From an uncultured virus (IMG/VR IMGVR_UViG_3300010262_000228) (lineage: Duplodnaviria > Heunggongvirae > Uroviricota > Caudoviricetes), in the IMG/VR virus record IMGVR_UViG_3300010262_000228: 64,000 bases of DNA; one strand, given 5' to 3'. The translations under genes and the position numbers were made by a program. This document shows positions 10,143-20,636 of the stretch, piece by piece. The number at the start of each line of letters is the position of its first letter. Position 1 is the stretch's first letter. A model generated the notes under the pieces. That model was not told the DNA's origin and searched no databases. It saw only the letters and a program-made list of their open reading frames with translations.

Positions 10143-12161
10143 GTGAAACTCTTGAACGAGCAGGTCATGATACTCATTGGCGCTGGCGCTGTTGCACTCA
10201 TTGTCATCGGCGGTCTTGCGTTCCTCTCACAGCGATACACGCTGGACGGCATCAAGTCCAGGACTGTTGGCGACGGACAGCACGGAACGGCACGATGGGC
10301 CACGCAGAAAGAGATCCACGACACATACGCCTTCGTGCCTTTCCAACCGGAGCGGTGGCGGCAAGGCATCGACCTTCCCGAACAACAAGGTCTGGTAATT
10401 GGCTGCGTTGGAGGCAGTCGACCAAAGAACAGAAATAAGGCAAAGAAGGTCAAGAAGCCAAGCAAGCTGGTCAAGTACCTCGGTAAGTTCATGCCCAAGA
10501 AACTGGGCAAACCGAAGGCAAAGCCTAATCCCAAGAAATCTAAAGGTGTGGACAAAGGCACGAAGGACCAGCCCCTGAAAAAGAAGTTCAACCCCGTCCG
10601 TGCCATTGTGGATACAGATGATATCCATGCTCTTGTCACTGCAGCCAGCGGTGCGGGTAAAACCGCATACTTTCTGTACCCGAACATCGAGTACGCACTG
10701 GCCTCCGGCATGTCTTTTCTGTGTACTGATACAAAGGGTGATCTGTTCCGCAACTACGCTGGGATTGCAAGGGATCGGTACGGCTTTAACATCTCTGTCC
10801 TCGACCTCCGGAATCCAACAAGGTCGGACGGCAACAACCTTCTGCATCTTATCAACAAATACATGGATCTCTATAAGGCTGACCCGACCAATCTTGCGGC
10901 AAAGGCAAAGAGCGAAAAGTACGCCAAAATTCTTGCCAAGACACTAATCAATACAAGTGGTGCCGATGCAAACTACGGTCAAAATCAGTTCTTCTATGAT
11001 GCAGCAGAGGGTCTGCTCACCGCAATGTTTCTGGTGATAGCGGAATATCTTCCCACCGAAGATGAGGATGGAAACCCTATCGAACAGCGTCACATTGTCA
11101 GCGTGTTCAAACTGGTGCAGGAATTGTTAGCGCCGACTGGTTCCAAGAAGAGCAAGAACTCATTCCAAATGTTACTGGATATGCTTCCGGAAAATCATAA
11201 GGCCAAATGGTTTGCAGGGTCTGCGCTGAACTCAGCGGATCAGGCCATGGCCTCAGTCCTCTCCACTGTGCTCTCCCGCTTGAACGCCTTTCTGGACTCG
11301 GAAATGGAGCAGATCCTGTGCTTCGATACTGCCATCGATGCCGAAAAGTTCTGCAATGAAAAGTCCGCAATCTTTATCGTGCTTCCAGAGGAGGACACAA
11401 CAAAGTATTTCATGGTATCACTCATCATCCAAAACCTGTACCGTGAGATTCTGACCGTGGCTGATGAAAATGGCGGCAGACTTAAAAACCGTGTGGTCTT
11501 CTTCGCCGACGAGCTGGGCTCCTGTCCGCCGATCCAATCACTGGAGCTGATGTTCTCTGCCTCCCGTTCAAGAGGACTCATGCTGGTACCTATCGTGCAG
11601 AGCATCACTGGTCAGCTCCAGAAGAACTACGGCAAAGAAGGTTCTGAAATAATTGTCGATAATTGCCAAGTGAATATTTTTGGTGGATTCGCGCCAGGCA
11701 GTCAGACTGCAGATATGTTGTCAGAATCCCTGGGGAATCGCACAGTCCTTTCGGGAACAGTAAGTAAGGGAAAAGAAAATCCGTCACAGTCCCTGCAAAT
11801 GATGTCCCGGCGTCTGATGACACCCGACGAACTGAAATCCATGCCAAAGGGCAGCTTCATTGTGGCTAAGACAGGAGTACACCCTATGCAGGTTAGATTG
11901 CGTCTCTTCTTGGATTGGGGAATCCGTTTTGAAAAGCCATATGAGGTGCCAGAACGTGTACAGCGCACTGTGAGGTATGCCACAAAGCAGGAATTGGAGA
12001 TTTCGATTATGATGCAGAACCAGCCGTCTGGTAAAGCAAATTCTAAAGTGGAAAAAGAAGAATCGGAAGATGAGGCGTGCCTAATCGATCTTGAAGAAGG
12101 CAAAGAGGATATAGAGGACAACTCTACGCACAAGAGCCATACATCCGTAAGAACGGAGTAA
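10143..12161 (+). CDS. virD4: VirD4/TraG coupling protein
   Basis: HGTARWA, Walker A AASGAGKT, TDTKGD, FADELG, RRLMTPDELK. Confidence 0.9.
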   Translation: MKLLNEQVMILIGAGAVALIVIGGLAFLSQRYTLDGIKSRTVGDGQHGTARWATQKEIHDTYAFVPFQPERWRQGIDLPEQQGLVIGCVGGSRPKNRNKAKKVKKPSKLVKYLGKFMPKKLGKPKAKPNPKKSKGVDKGTKDQPLKKKFNPVRAIVDTDDIHALVTAASGAGKTAYFLYPNIEYALASGMSFLCTDTKGDLFRNYAGIARDRYGFNISVLDLRNPTRSDGNNLLHLINKYMDLYKADPTNLAAKAKSEKYAKILAKTLINTSGADANYGQNQFFYDAAEGLLTAMFLVIAEYLPTEDEDGNPIEQRHIVSVFKLVQELLAPTGSKKSKNSFQMLLDMLPENHKAKWFAGSALNSADQAMASVLSTVLSRLNAFLDSEMEQILCFDTAIDAEKFCNEKSAIFIVLPEEDTTKYFMVSLIIQNLYREILTVADENGGRLKNRVVFFADELGSCPPIQSLELMFSASRSRGLMLVPIVQSITGQLQKNYGKEGSEIIVDNCQVNIFGGFAPGSQTADMLSESLGNRTVLSGTVSKGKENPSQSLQMMSRRLMTPDELKSMPKGSFIVAKTGVHPMQVRLRLFLDWGIRFEKPYEVPERVQRTVRYATKQELEISIMMQNQPSGKANSKVEKEESEDEACLIDLEEGKEDIEDNSTHKSHTSVRTE

Positions 12162-12172
12162 GGGGTGAACAG

Positions 12173-12427
12173 ATGCCTTATTTCACTAATATTTATCAGA
12201 TGGAACTGAGCCACCGCGCAAAGGTCGTGTACATGTACCTGAAGGATCGCTCTGACGCAGAAGGTCACTGCTGGCCTTCCATCAAAACCATTGCGGCTGA
12301 CCTGCGGCTCTCTCGCTCTACTGTTAAGCGTGCCTTGGATGACCTGTGCAAAGCTGGGCTTCTTGCTAAGGATAAACGCTGGCGCGAAAACGGAAGCTAC
12401 ACATCCAATCTGTATACACTGCTATAA
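12173..12427 (+). CDS. HTH_36-type winged-helix protein (replication initiator N-terminus-like)
   Basis: CWPSIKTIAADLRLSRSTVKRALDDL...SNLY. Confidence 0.75.
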   Translation: MPYFTNIYQMELSHRAKVVYMYLKDRSDAEGHCWPSIKTIAADLRLSRSTVKRALDDLCKAGLLAKDKRWRENGSYTSNLYTLL

Positions 12428-12440
12428 AGACCGTGAACGC

Positions 12441-12481
12441 AAAAAGCAGGCTCTCCCGCCAAGGGGAGAGTCTGCTCATTT
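12441..12481. terminator. Hairpin between convergent tra operon and cargo operon
   Basis: AGCAGGCTCTCCC / GGGAGAGTCTGCT with an A run on the left (terminates minus-strand transcript). Confidence 0.6.
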
Positions 12482-12566
12482 ACTGAACCGAGGATAGGTT
12501 CATGATGGACCATCCAGAAGACCCACTTTAGGAGAAATCTTAATACAGAGGATGTACGATTACAAA

Positions 12567-13472
12567 TTAAGAATGCAGCGCATCTATGGAAACAATTTCC
12601 TCAAAACCGCTTTCTGGACAAAAATCCATTCTGTGGTTAAATGTAGCTACAAATTCAGATGCATCTATGGACTCATAATCAACATCTACCATCTCTCCTC
12701 GGGTAAATTCGACCGATAAAATATCTTTGCCACGATTCTCCGCATCCACGATTACCCGTCTAAACGGTAATAGAGCAAATAAATCCCTCGCAACTCGGAT
12801 GGCACAACCACAAACATAATCCTGTAGCAGTTCATTATATTCGGTTTTGGGCAAATGCTCTATATCTCGCAATACCTGTGAGCTGTTAACTTTGAAATGA
12901 ACTGAAAGCATTCTCGGATCTTCAGTCCCGCACTCGAATTCACTACCGAAACGAAGCAAATCATCAACCGGGTTCATGTCGGATATGATTTCAAAATATG
13001 TATCCAAATCCCCGTTCAATACACGTTCGGCTCGCGCTTTAAGGTAATCCCAATGAGGAATATCCGCGTCGTAATCCTCAATCAAAATCTTCCGCCAATC
13101 AATGGCCGCATCAGCGGTTTCATAAATCCCTTCAATTAAGGACATTGCGGCAGAACGATGATCCACTTCTTGAACAGGCGTGTATTCAGGAGTGGGCGGT
13201 AACGTCGTTGGAGCCGCATAGCTCGTAGCAGGGGTTTCTCTAATAGTGTTTGTACGCGATCTTGGAGACGCAGATGAATTCTTCTTCCGATTTGTTGAAG
13301 TCACATAGGACAAGCCTGTTCCGGGTATTCCGAAAGATTTTGTAACGCGACCAGTAGTGCTATAAGTTGTTCGGAACCCTTTCCCACCTAAACTAAGACT
13401 GGCGCTTTTCATGCCAAAATTCACTCTAACACCAGGCAAGAGTGTAACGCTTTTTCTAAATCTCCAGCCCAA
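12567..13472 (-). CDS. DUF4236 domain protein
   Basis: MGWRFRKSVTLLPGVRVNF...GIPGTGLSY N-terminus. Confidence 0.8.
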   Translation of the reverse strand: MGWRFRKSVTLLPGVRVNFGMKSASLSLGGKGFRTTYSTTGRVTKSFGIPGTGLSYVTSTNRKKNSSASPRSRTNTIRETPATSYAAPTTLPPTPEYTPVQEVDHRSAAMSLIEGIYETADAAIDWRKILIEDYDADIPHWDYLKARAERVLNGDLDTYFEIISDMNPVDDLLRFGSEFECGTEDPRMLSVHFKVNSSQVLRDIEHLPKTEYNELLQDYVCGCAIRVARDLFALLPFRRVIVDAENRGKDILSVEFTRGEMVDVDYESIDASEFVATFNHRMDFCPESGFEEIVSIDALHS

Positions 13473-13476
13473 AATA

Positions 13477-14397
13477 TCACCCCTTGTCCTCGTTTTTCTT
13501 CTTAAAGAAACTCATCAATCTACTTCTTGTAACTCCTTTTGGTTCGGAAGCATCTTCAGATAATTCGTGGTGTTCTTCCTCTTCAACAGGAGCTAAGGCA
13601 TCAGGCTGCACATTGGAACAAGTCTGATCTTCATGACCGGCAAGCGCGGACTCGGATTCTATATTGTCGCAGTCGATAATAATTGCACTACAGTCATCGG
13701 GAGAATTATTCTCCTTTGCGCGAGAAGCCAATTCACGGAGCGCTTTTGCCCAATCCCCATCACAACTACCTAATATATCTTCCATATCATCTGTGCTGAG
13801 ATAATCGTGGATGCCATCGCAAGTCAAAAGAAACTGGCGATATTGTACCAGATCGATATGATCTGTTTTGATTCGAAGCAACGAAGATTTTCCACCACCA
13901 AAACACGCAGTAATCTCATTTCTGGCAGGGTAATTAACTGCCTCTTCCTCCGTTAGCTTTCCGGTTCGGATAAGATACTCAACAACAGTGTCATCCGAGG
14001 TTAATTGTTTAAGATACTCACCAGCCTGAATCGCGTACAAGCGTGTGTTGCCCACATGATAGCTCTGTGCTGACGAAGTTGAAGAAAAATACACTCCTGT
14101 GGCAGTAGTAGCCATGTTTCGATAATTTTCATTGGCTGCACTCATCGAGATGAGGTGTTCATTGATTGCCGAAAATGATTCAGGTGTCAATTCGACAACG
14201 TCAGACATTTTTTTGCATACCTGAAATGCGGCAACTGCGCCAGCATTGTTCCCGCCTACGCCATCAGCGAGCAAAACATGGCCATGACTGAGGTTTCGGA
14301 CTGCCTCTTGATCTGAAAACACTTCGTTCCCGACAAGCGCCCTGTCCTCGCTGGCGTCTTTATTGATTCCCTTCTGTGATAGCAGGTACACTTTCAT
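13477..14397 (-). CDS. PP2C/PPM-family Ser/Thr phosphatase
   Basis: SEDR, ADGVGG, VGNTRLY, LLTCDG, DDCS motifs; AGGAGG RBS before ATG 14397. Confidence 0.88.
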   Translation of the reverse strand: MKVYLLSQKGINKDASEDRALVGNEVFSDQEAVRNLSHGHVLLADGVGGNNAGAVAAFQVCKKMSDVVELTPESFSAINEHLISMSAANENYRNMATTATGVYFSSTSSAQSYHVGNTRLYAIQAGEYLKQLTSDDTVVEYLIRTGKLTEEEAVNYPARNEITACFGGGKSSLLRIKTDHIDLVQYRQFLLTCDGIHDYLSTDDMEDILGSCDGDWAKALRELASRAKENNSPDDCSAIIIDCDNIESESALAGHEDQTCSNVQPDALAPVEEEEHHELSEDASEPKGVTRSRLMSFFKKKNEDKG

Positions 14398-16324
14398 CGA
14401 CAGACACCTCCTCTGTAGGAGCAACTACAGTTTCTTTTCTGTTGACTCGTCCGATTAGGCTTACAGGCTGTGTTGTCGTGTCAACCGAATCAATGTAAAC
14501 CTCGGCGTTATCAAATACTCTTTGATCGAACAAGAAGCGAGATAGGGGGTTGATTAGGTAACTTTCAACGATATTACCTATTCCTCGACCACCATTGTTG
14601 AGATTTCCAAGCGCAGAACTTGATAAGGCATCTCTGGCCGCTGCTTCAATAACCAAGTCGATTTTCTTCTCAGCTTTAAGCGTTCGAACAATCTTGTTGA
14701 TTTGCGCATCCAAAATTTGTTGCCCTATTTCAGGTCTAATATAATCGAATACTACGATGTTTTCGCCTATGCGGTTCAGAATCTCGGGCCTGCCAAGTTC
14801 CAACTTAAAATAATCTGCGATTGCAGATTTGACCTTATCGGACACTTCTTCGTATGCCATATCGATCGTAACATTGGCAACTCTCTCGCCAATTGAGTTT
14901 CGGGTGTAGATGCCCAGGTTGCTGGTAAATATGATGATACACTCCGAAAAATAAACCGTCTGTCCCTGCCCGTCAGTCATTCTGCCATCTTCGAGAATCT
15001 GCAAGAACTTATCAAGAATAGAAGGGTGAGCTTTTTCAATCTCATCGAACAAAAGGATCGAAAATGGTTTATTCCGTACAGCGTTTGTTAATTGGCCACC
15101 TGCTTCATAGCCCACATATCCAGGAGGTGCACCAAGCAGCTTCTGATCACTATGACTCTGACTAAACTCACTCATGTCAAAGCGAATACACGCATCTTCG
15201 TGTCCAAAAAGGATCTCAGCCAAGGTTTTAGCGGTCTCGGTTTTACCGGTACCTGTTGGACCCGCAAAGAAAAGGACACCTTTAGGACGTCCATGTGAAG
15301 ATCCCTGTAGTCCTGAAAGGCCGGTGATTGCGCGCTTAACAATATCTAAAGTTTTTGTTTGCGCATAGGACTGGCCCTTTACTCGACTTTCGAAATGTGC
15401 TGGCGCATTTTGAATCTCCTCTAGGTCAAGTTGCTTCCACGGATTCTCTCGAATTCCGTACTTGAAGAGGTCAACTACATCACACATCTCCTGAATCCGT
15501 AGCTTTTCCTTTTTGCAAAGTTTTCTAAGACCATTAAGTTCCGTGAAACTCATGCCTTCTGTCAGAGCAACAAATTTGTCTTGGATTTTGGCCAGCTCTT
15601 CGGGAGAAGATTCAAACGCTGCAAAATCCTCATCATAGATTGAACGATCAAAGAAACTGGCAAAATTATTGCCTTTCACCAGTAGTTCGCGCTCTTCAAT
15701 TGACGGGGGACCTATACTGATGGTCTTGACATTTGGATTTTGCAGATAGAACCATGCCGGAAGATCATTCACCTTATTCGCAACGATGACCAAAAGATTC
15801 TTGAGAATTGTTGTTCCTTCGCAGCGAACTTCTTTAGCCTCTAAGGACGCCTTAATAAGCGCGGAGTAGGCATCCACCTCCTCCTGAACCAGATTATCTG
15901 GGGAGGGTATGTACCTAGATGCCATATTCATGATGACCACAGAAGGGACATCCGTTTGAGCCAATATCTGACGAATATACTGCGGTGCAGAGTCTCGTTG
16001 GGCGCTTTTGAATTGAGCCTCCACTTTGCCGTTGCTGTTTCTAGCATGAACAGTCTTAGCAAAATGCTCCAGCATTTCAGGCGCGTTCGTGTTGTAAAAC
16101 CCTTCCACACTATCATAGTGGATAATTGTCTTATAGCCGATATCCTTGAAGTGATAAAAGAGGTAATCAGGCAGACGAAGGATAGATCCCTTCGGCATAC
16201 TTCCTTCGACGGGATATTGATAAACGTCGAGCACATTGCCCTCCAAAATCAAGAGAGGCTTGATTTGGGTAAACAGTTCAAGTTCCCTGTGCCATTTGGG
16301 GACATAACTTAATTCTTCAGCCAA
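14360..16324 (-). CDS. AAA+ ATPase with a single intact ClpB-NBD2-like module
   Basis: GPTGTGKT, RFDMSEF, GAPPGYVGY, LFDEIEKAHP; N-terminal half has no recognisable Walker A or Clp-N repeats. Confidence 0.85.
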   Translation of the reverse strand: MAEELSYVPKWHRELELFTQIKPLLILEGNVLDVYQYPVEGSMPKGSILRLPDYLFYHFKDIGYKTIIHYDSVEGFYNTNAPEMLEHFAKTVHARNSNGKVEAQFKSAQRDSAPQYIRQILAQTDVPSVVIMNMASRYIPSPDNLVQEEVDAYSALIKASLEAKEVRCEGTTILKNLLVIVANKVNDLPAWFYLQNPNVKTISIGPPSIEERELLVKGNNFASFFDRSIYDEDFAAFESSPEELAKIQDKFVALTEGMSFTELNGLRKLCKKEKLRIQEMCDVVDLFKYGIRENPWKQLDLEEIQNAPAHFESRVKGQSYAQTKTLDIVKRAITGLSGLQGSSHGRPKGVLFFAGPTGTGKTETAKTLAEILFGHEDACIRFDMSEFSQSHSDQKLLGAPPGYVGYEAGGQLTNAVRNKPFSILLFDEIEKAHPSILDKFLQILEDGRMTDGQGQTVYFSECIIIFTSNLGIYTRNSIGERVANVTIDMAYEEVSDKVKSAIADYFKLELGRPEILNRIGENIVVFDYIRPEIGQQILDAQINKIVRTLKAEKKIDLVIEAAARDALSSSALGNLNNGGRGIGNIVESYLINPLSRFLFDQRVFDNAEVYIDSVDTTTQPVSLIGRVNRKETVVAPTEEVSVDESVPAITEGNQ

Positions 16325-16943
16325 GAATGATTACACCTCTTTCTTTTGCTTTGTTCTGGAGATCACTTCTAAATCCCCTATGATGAATACCGACAGAGAC
16401 AAATCCGTCTGATGTTGGAAAAGTCTGGATTTCGTTTGAGCCAATCTGAGCCAGATAGTCTAGGTATCTTTCCTTGATTGAGCTGTCAAGAAATAGTATG
16501 CGTTGGTTTTGAGATCCCTTTAGAGGAGATCCGTCGTTGAGTTCATCTATGTATTTCCCATCTATGAGGACACTTACATTCTTGAGACAGTCCCTGTAAG
16601 CCTGATTGCAGAAAGAAAGTAATTGTTCATATTCATAGCCTGTGTAAACCAAAATATCATTCGAAAATGTCTTCAACATAGGAATGAGAATACATAATTC
16701 TTCTGCTTGCATCATTGGATCTCCACCAGTAAGGACAAACCCTTCAATGGGACCTTTTCCTGCAATAGCCGCAATCGCCGCAAAGATGGTATCCAACGAC
16801 ATTTCCTGATCATCACGCTGTTCCCATAGTTCCGGGTTGCAGCAATGCGCACAATGGTGTGGGCAGCCGGAGAACCATATGCCAACCCGCTTACCTGGTC
16901 CAAGGACTGTTACAGGATATAAAATTCGAGCAATTTTCATCAA
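16317..16943 (-). CDS. Small radical SAM protein, NrdG/activase-like
   Basis: GPGKR...GCPHHCAHC (CxxxCxxC), TGGDP, LIDGKY, GSQNQR. Confidence 0.85.
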   Translation of the reverse strand: MMKIARILYPVTVLGPGKRVGIWFSGCPHHCAHCCNPELWEQRDDQEMSLDTIFAAIAAIAGKGPIEGFVLTGGDPMMQAEELCILIPMLKTFSNDILVYTGYEYEQLLSFCNQAYRDCLKNVSVLIDGKYIDELNDGSPLKGSQNQRILFLDSSIKERYLDYLAQIGSNEIQTFPTSDGFVSVGIHHRGFRSDLQNKAKERGVIILG

Positions 16944-17551
16944 ACAGTCCCAACAATAAAATAGGCAGCTTCTTCTTGTCGTGTGCCGTTGACAATGATA
17001 CCACCAAGGGCAACTTCATCCCCAGCTTTGAGCGGTGTTCGGCCAGCGGGTATCCGAATGTTATTGACATACGTATAATTTGTGTTGCTCAGGTTCTCGA
17101 TGTATGCTGTGCCATTTTCAACCGTAAGTTTGGCGTGAATCCGACTGACATACTGCTTGCCGATTAAACACTCGCGCATTCCATGCTCACGACCGATGAT
17201 GATGCTTCCTTCTGGTAATGGATAAACATAATCCGAGTCAATGCTGGAGAGCTGATATCTGCATCCCGAATCAACTTCGCTTGGGATGGGCAGAATATCG
17301 CTTATATCTTCATTGCATTTCTGGCACTTCCTGGCTTGCGCAGGATTAACCTCTCCGCAATAACATACGCGAACGAGAGAGCGCTCAGCGGTTGGTGAAG
17401 ACTCCTCGGTATGTTCAGTTTGAACAGCTGGAGCAACCACCTCTGTATCCGTTATAGGAATTCCCATCAAGTCGGTTCCGCAGTTGATACATTCCATTGA
17501 GCGTGGATCGTTTTGTTCCTTGCAAGTGGGGCATAATTTGTATTTGCTCAT
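16940..17551 (-). CDS. Zinc-ribbon + FHA domain protein
   Basis: CPTC/CINC and CYC/CQKC pairs; FHA motifs IGRE, VSRIHA, TNYTYVN. Confidence 0.85.
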   Translation of the reverse strand: MSKYKLCPTCKEQNDPRSMECINCGTDLMGIPITDTEVVAPAVQTEHTEESSPTAERSLVRVCYCGEVNPAQARKCQKCNEDISDILPIPSEVDSGCRYQLSSIDSDYVYPLPEGSIIIGREHGMRECLIGKQYVSRIHAKLTVENGTAYIENLSNTNYTYVNNIRIPAGRTPLKAGDEVALGGIIVNGTRQEEAAYFIVGTV

Positions 17552-17571
17552 GGTAACACCTCAAAACGCAA

Positions 17572-18864
17572 TTAGTTCTGCAAAGAGCGTTGCTTCGGCT
17601 TCTTGTTGACTTTACGCTTTTGATTAGGACTACTCTTTGTTGTGACTGTGGAATAGTCAGTCACATTGATTACTTGTGCATATTCGGCTGCTGGCGGGCT
17701 TAACCTAATTCGATTCTTGAGTATAACACCACGCGCAGCCAGTCTTCTTTCAATTTCGGCAAAGTCAGAACAAAATGCCTCCATTGTTTCTACGATACTT
17801 TGGCTTTCGGAGCTTTCAGGAATTCGATCCTGGGTATCCGTTTTCCCGACCTCCATCGTGATTCGGCCATCATCGCTGAAAATGACGTTAACCGCAGAAT
17901 CATGGTCATATTGGAACAAGCTGCTGCTGTAATGGGAACCGTTGCGCTTGGTGACTTCTCGCTGACCGCGTATGCTATAGCCCATTTCCTCCATAACCGC
18001 AGAAATAGAGTCCTCGATATAAGCGTCTTCAGCTTGGCGCTGATACTCAATTTCTTCTAGCGCAATGAGCTTTGCAATCTCGGCGATAGCATTCGACGAG
18101 AATGGGATAACAGCCACTTGGTCTCGTCCGTTTTCCTTTGCTAATAGCTCATACCGCTGTAATAGCAATTCGTACTGAGCACCGTCTTTCTCCCACAATT
18201 CCACAAAGTCCTCACACATTTTGATGGTGGGTTGAACTTCAACGGAGAAGAAACCATCCATGCCATCGGGTGTCACATGAGCCTTTCGCTCGATCAGACC
18301 ATCAATTTTTTGGCGTAAGTTCGCAGGCAAGTGCTTGAGTGAGGCATAAGACTGTAGCATTGCAAATTGCTGCTCATGACGGCTCTCTGGCTCGGTGTTA
18401 TAATCAGGTTCTTCCTGCTGCGCAAAAAGTTCGGAAATACTAGAAGTTAACACACTTTGAAGCTTTTCAGCGATATTCGCTGCTTGCTCCGAAACAGAAT
18501 CAGCAGTTGTCTGGAGGTCTTTCACCTGCGCTTCAATAGTTCTCAGGTTTTTTTCTAGTTTTTCATTGTCCTGAAGATCTGCACTTACTGACATCAACTG
18601 TGTCAAGTTTTTGATCGAAGTGTTTGCCGCTGCAATCACGGCACTTAATGCGGAAGAATTCAAATGCAGGGTTTCTTCTTTTGCGACAAGATCGTACTTC
18701 AAAAGGGATTGTGAAATATGCTCCACCTTTGGAATATTAGCTTGTAGCTCATTCAGCAGTTCCTGACGCCGCTCCAGCTCACGCATTCTACGCTGCAACT
18801 CAGCTGCGATAATTGCACGCTGTTGGGGAGTCAAATCATAAACTGAGACTTTGGGTCCACTCAT
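17572..18864 (-). CDS. Coiled-coil hypothetical protein (starts MSGPK)
   Basis: AGGAG RBS before ATG 18864; helical heptad-like N-terminal half. Confidence 0.75.
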   Translation of the reverse strand: MSGPKVSVYDLTPQQRAIIAAELQRRMRELERRQELLNELQANIPKVEHISQSLLKYDLVAKEETLHLNSSALSAVIAAANTSIKNLTQLMSVSADLQDNEKLEKNLRTIEAQVKDLQTTADSVSEQAANIAEKLQSVLTSSISELFAQQEEPDYNTEPESRHEQQFAMLQSYASLKHLPANLRQKIDGLIERKAHVTPDGMDGFFSVEVQPTIKMCEDFVELWEKDGAQYELLLQRYELLAKENGRDQVAVIPFSSNAIAEIAKLIALEEIEYQRQAEDAYIEDSISAVMEEMGYSIRGQREVTKRNGSHYSSSLFQYDHDSAVNVIFSDDGRITMEVGKTDTQDRIPESSESQSIVETMEAFCSDFAEIERRLAARGVILKNRIRLSPPAAEYAQVINVTDYSTVTTKSSPNQKRKVNKKPKQRSLQN

Positions 18865-18875
18865 GTTGCTTCTCC

Positions 18876-20621
18876 TTAACCAGGTAAAACGCTTGTTTTT
18901 CCGTGAGCATATAACCACCCGGCGAACTGCGGCGCAGCTAAATCGGCAGCGCCTCCCCGTTTCCCTGCTTCTGCGTAATTGTATGTTCTTTTCTCGTGGT
19001 AGATAAGTTCTTTCGACAGAGCATCCAATTTGTCCGGGTTATCCTTAATCACTTCTTTTACATAGGTAATCAGAGCTTCCACGCTATTGAAGCTGCCAAA
19101 AGAAGTTACCAGATCCTTGGTGCAGGAATAGTAATATCCCAGAACAAACAGCTGCTCGAATTGAGTTCTCTTGTCTCCATATTGCTTTGCGAGTAAATAC
19201 TTGGACTCAATTGCATAAATGTTTTTGTGCCTGTTCTTATCGTTTATGCCCACACACTTCTCACGGATTGAAAAAAGACGATTGACAACAAAGGTATCAG
19301 CCATATCAAGAGTAGGTACGTCGGCCTTTCGCAAACCCGCGAGTAAAGCAATCCCTAATTCCTCCATGTTGGGGTAATGATAATCAATCCAATGGAAGGA
19401 CTTCATCTGCGGATACATCTTATAAAGAACAGTGAAAAACTCAATGTCTGCTCGCGTTTTGTCCTTTCGAACAGCTTCTTCGGCATCCATACAGGAACTC
19501 GCAATTTCCTGATCAACTGTGCGGAAATGATCGGTAAGCAGGGATCTGTATAAGCGCTTCTTGCCATTCGCCCAATCATTACCCAGTGCCTCAGCAAGTT
19601 CGCCGACCCGAGTATATTTCTTGTACTGGAATGTGAAAGAAGGCATAACCGTAGAAGTGCTTGCTGCCGTATTGATCTCCCCGCCAGGAAGAGGAATATA
19701 CTCCCCCTTGCACCATCTCTTCACTTCCTCATAAGTCCAGCGACGATTAGGATTGTTCTTGTCCTTGCGGTTTGTAATGTCGTTATACGTCAAGCCGGTA
19801 ATGAGGCGTTTGAGTTCTTCTGGAAAGGCAGCAGGAAACGGAATTTTCTGCACCGCAATGTATTGTTCGATTACATCCTTACTAACCCCAGAATATGGCG
19901 TATGCCCACAATAAAGCTCATATAGGGTCACGCCCAAAGAATAGTAGTCCGATTCTTCAAGAAACAGGTTTCTGAAAGTCTCGGGAGCAGAATACTCAGG
20001 TGTCATACCGGTTTTCGTTACGACAACCGTGTTTCCGCCCTCTCGAATCGAACTTATGCCAAAGTCAATAATAGCGACGCCCTTTTGATCATCACATAGC
20101 ATGATGTTGGACGGCTTCAGATCTTTATGAATAATATTCTTTTTGTGCAGTGCCAATAGGCCATCATTCAGTGCAGGAATAATCTCCTTGCGCAGGCGCT
20201 CGAAAGAAAAGGTCTTTCCTTCGAGGCTACCATATTTATAATACGGCAAAATCTCAAAGGGGGCGTTATTGTATGTGCCGGTTTCAAATAGCTTCGCAAC
20301 ATGGGGAGAAGAGACACCCTCAAGTGCGAGAACGATGTCATCCTTTATGGCCGACTGCCGGCGATATACTTTTGCTACGTATGTATTATTCCTGTATTTA
20401 CAGAGATACAGATTTGCCTCACCAGTATTCGTGGATAAAGGGGTTTCTACGCGGTACTTGCCTGCAAGGAGAGTTCCTGCCGGGATGTCCACCGTGTAGT
20501 TTTGAACCGTTGGGTTTACCTCTGTAAAACTGGTGTCATCGGACTGGACAGCACTATTAACGATGGTATCGGAAATGCTGAGCTGTTCGTTAATCAGTGT
20601 TTCGTTTTTACGGGTCGCCAT
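18876..20621 (-). CDS. Hanks-type Ser/Thr protein kinase
   Basis: VAK, HKDLKPSN, DFG, YSAPE. Confidence 0.92.
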   Translation of the reverse strand: MATRKNETLINEQLSISDTIVNSAVQSDDTSFTEVNPTVQNYTVDIPAGTLLAGKYRVETPLSTNTGEANLYLCKYRNNTYVAKVYRRQSAIKDDIVLALEGVSSPHVAKLFETGTYNNAPFEILPYYKYGSLEGKTFSFERLRKEIIPALNDGLLALHKKNIIHKDLKPSNIMLCDDQKGVAIIDFGISSIREGGNTVVVTKTGMTPEYSAPETFRNLFLEESDYYSLGVTLYELYCGHTPYSGVSKDVIEQYIAVQKIPFPAAFPEELKRLITGLTYNDITNRKDKNNPNRRWTYEEVKRWCKGEYIPLPGGEINTAASTSTVMPSFTFQYKKYTRVGELAEALGNDWANGKKRLYRSLLTDHFRTVDQEIASSCMDAEEAVRKDKTRADIEFFTVLYKMYPQMKSFHWIDYHYPNMEELGIALLAGLRKADVPTLDMADTFVVNRLFSIREKCVGINDKNRHKNIYAIESKYLLAKQYGDKRTQFEQLFVLGYYYSCTKDLVTSFGSFNSVEALITYVKEVIKDNPDKLDALSKELIYHEKRTYNYAEAGKRGGAADLAAPQFAGWLYAHGKTSVLPG

Positions 20622-20636
20622 AGTTCACCTCCAGGA

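Noticed and set aside
14360..16324. Housekeeping clpB/clpC
   Set aside because: Only the NBD2-like module is intact; no Clp-N, NBD1 or middle domain, and it sits in an accessory operon.
16317..16943. nrdG of an anaerobic ribonucleotide reductase
   Set aside because: No nrdD nearby; context points to another role, so no symbol was given.
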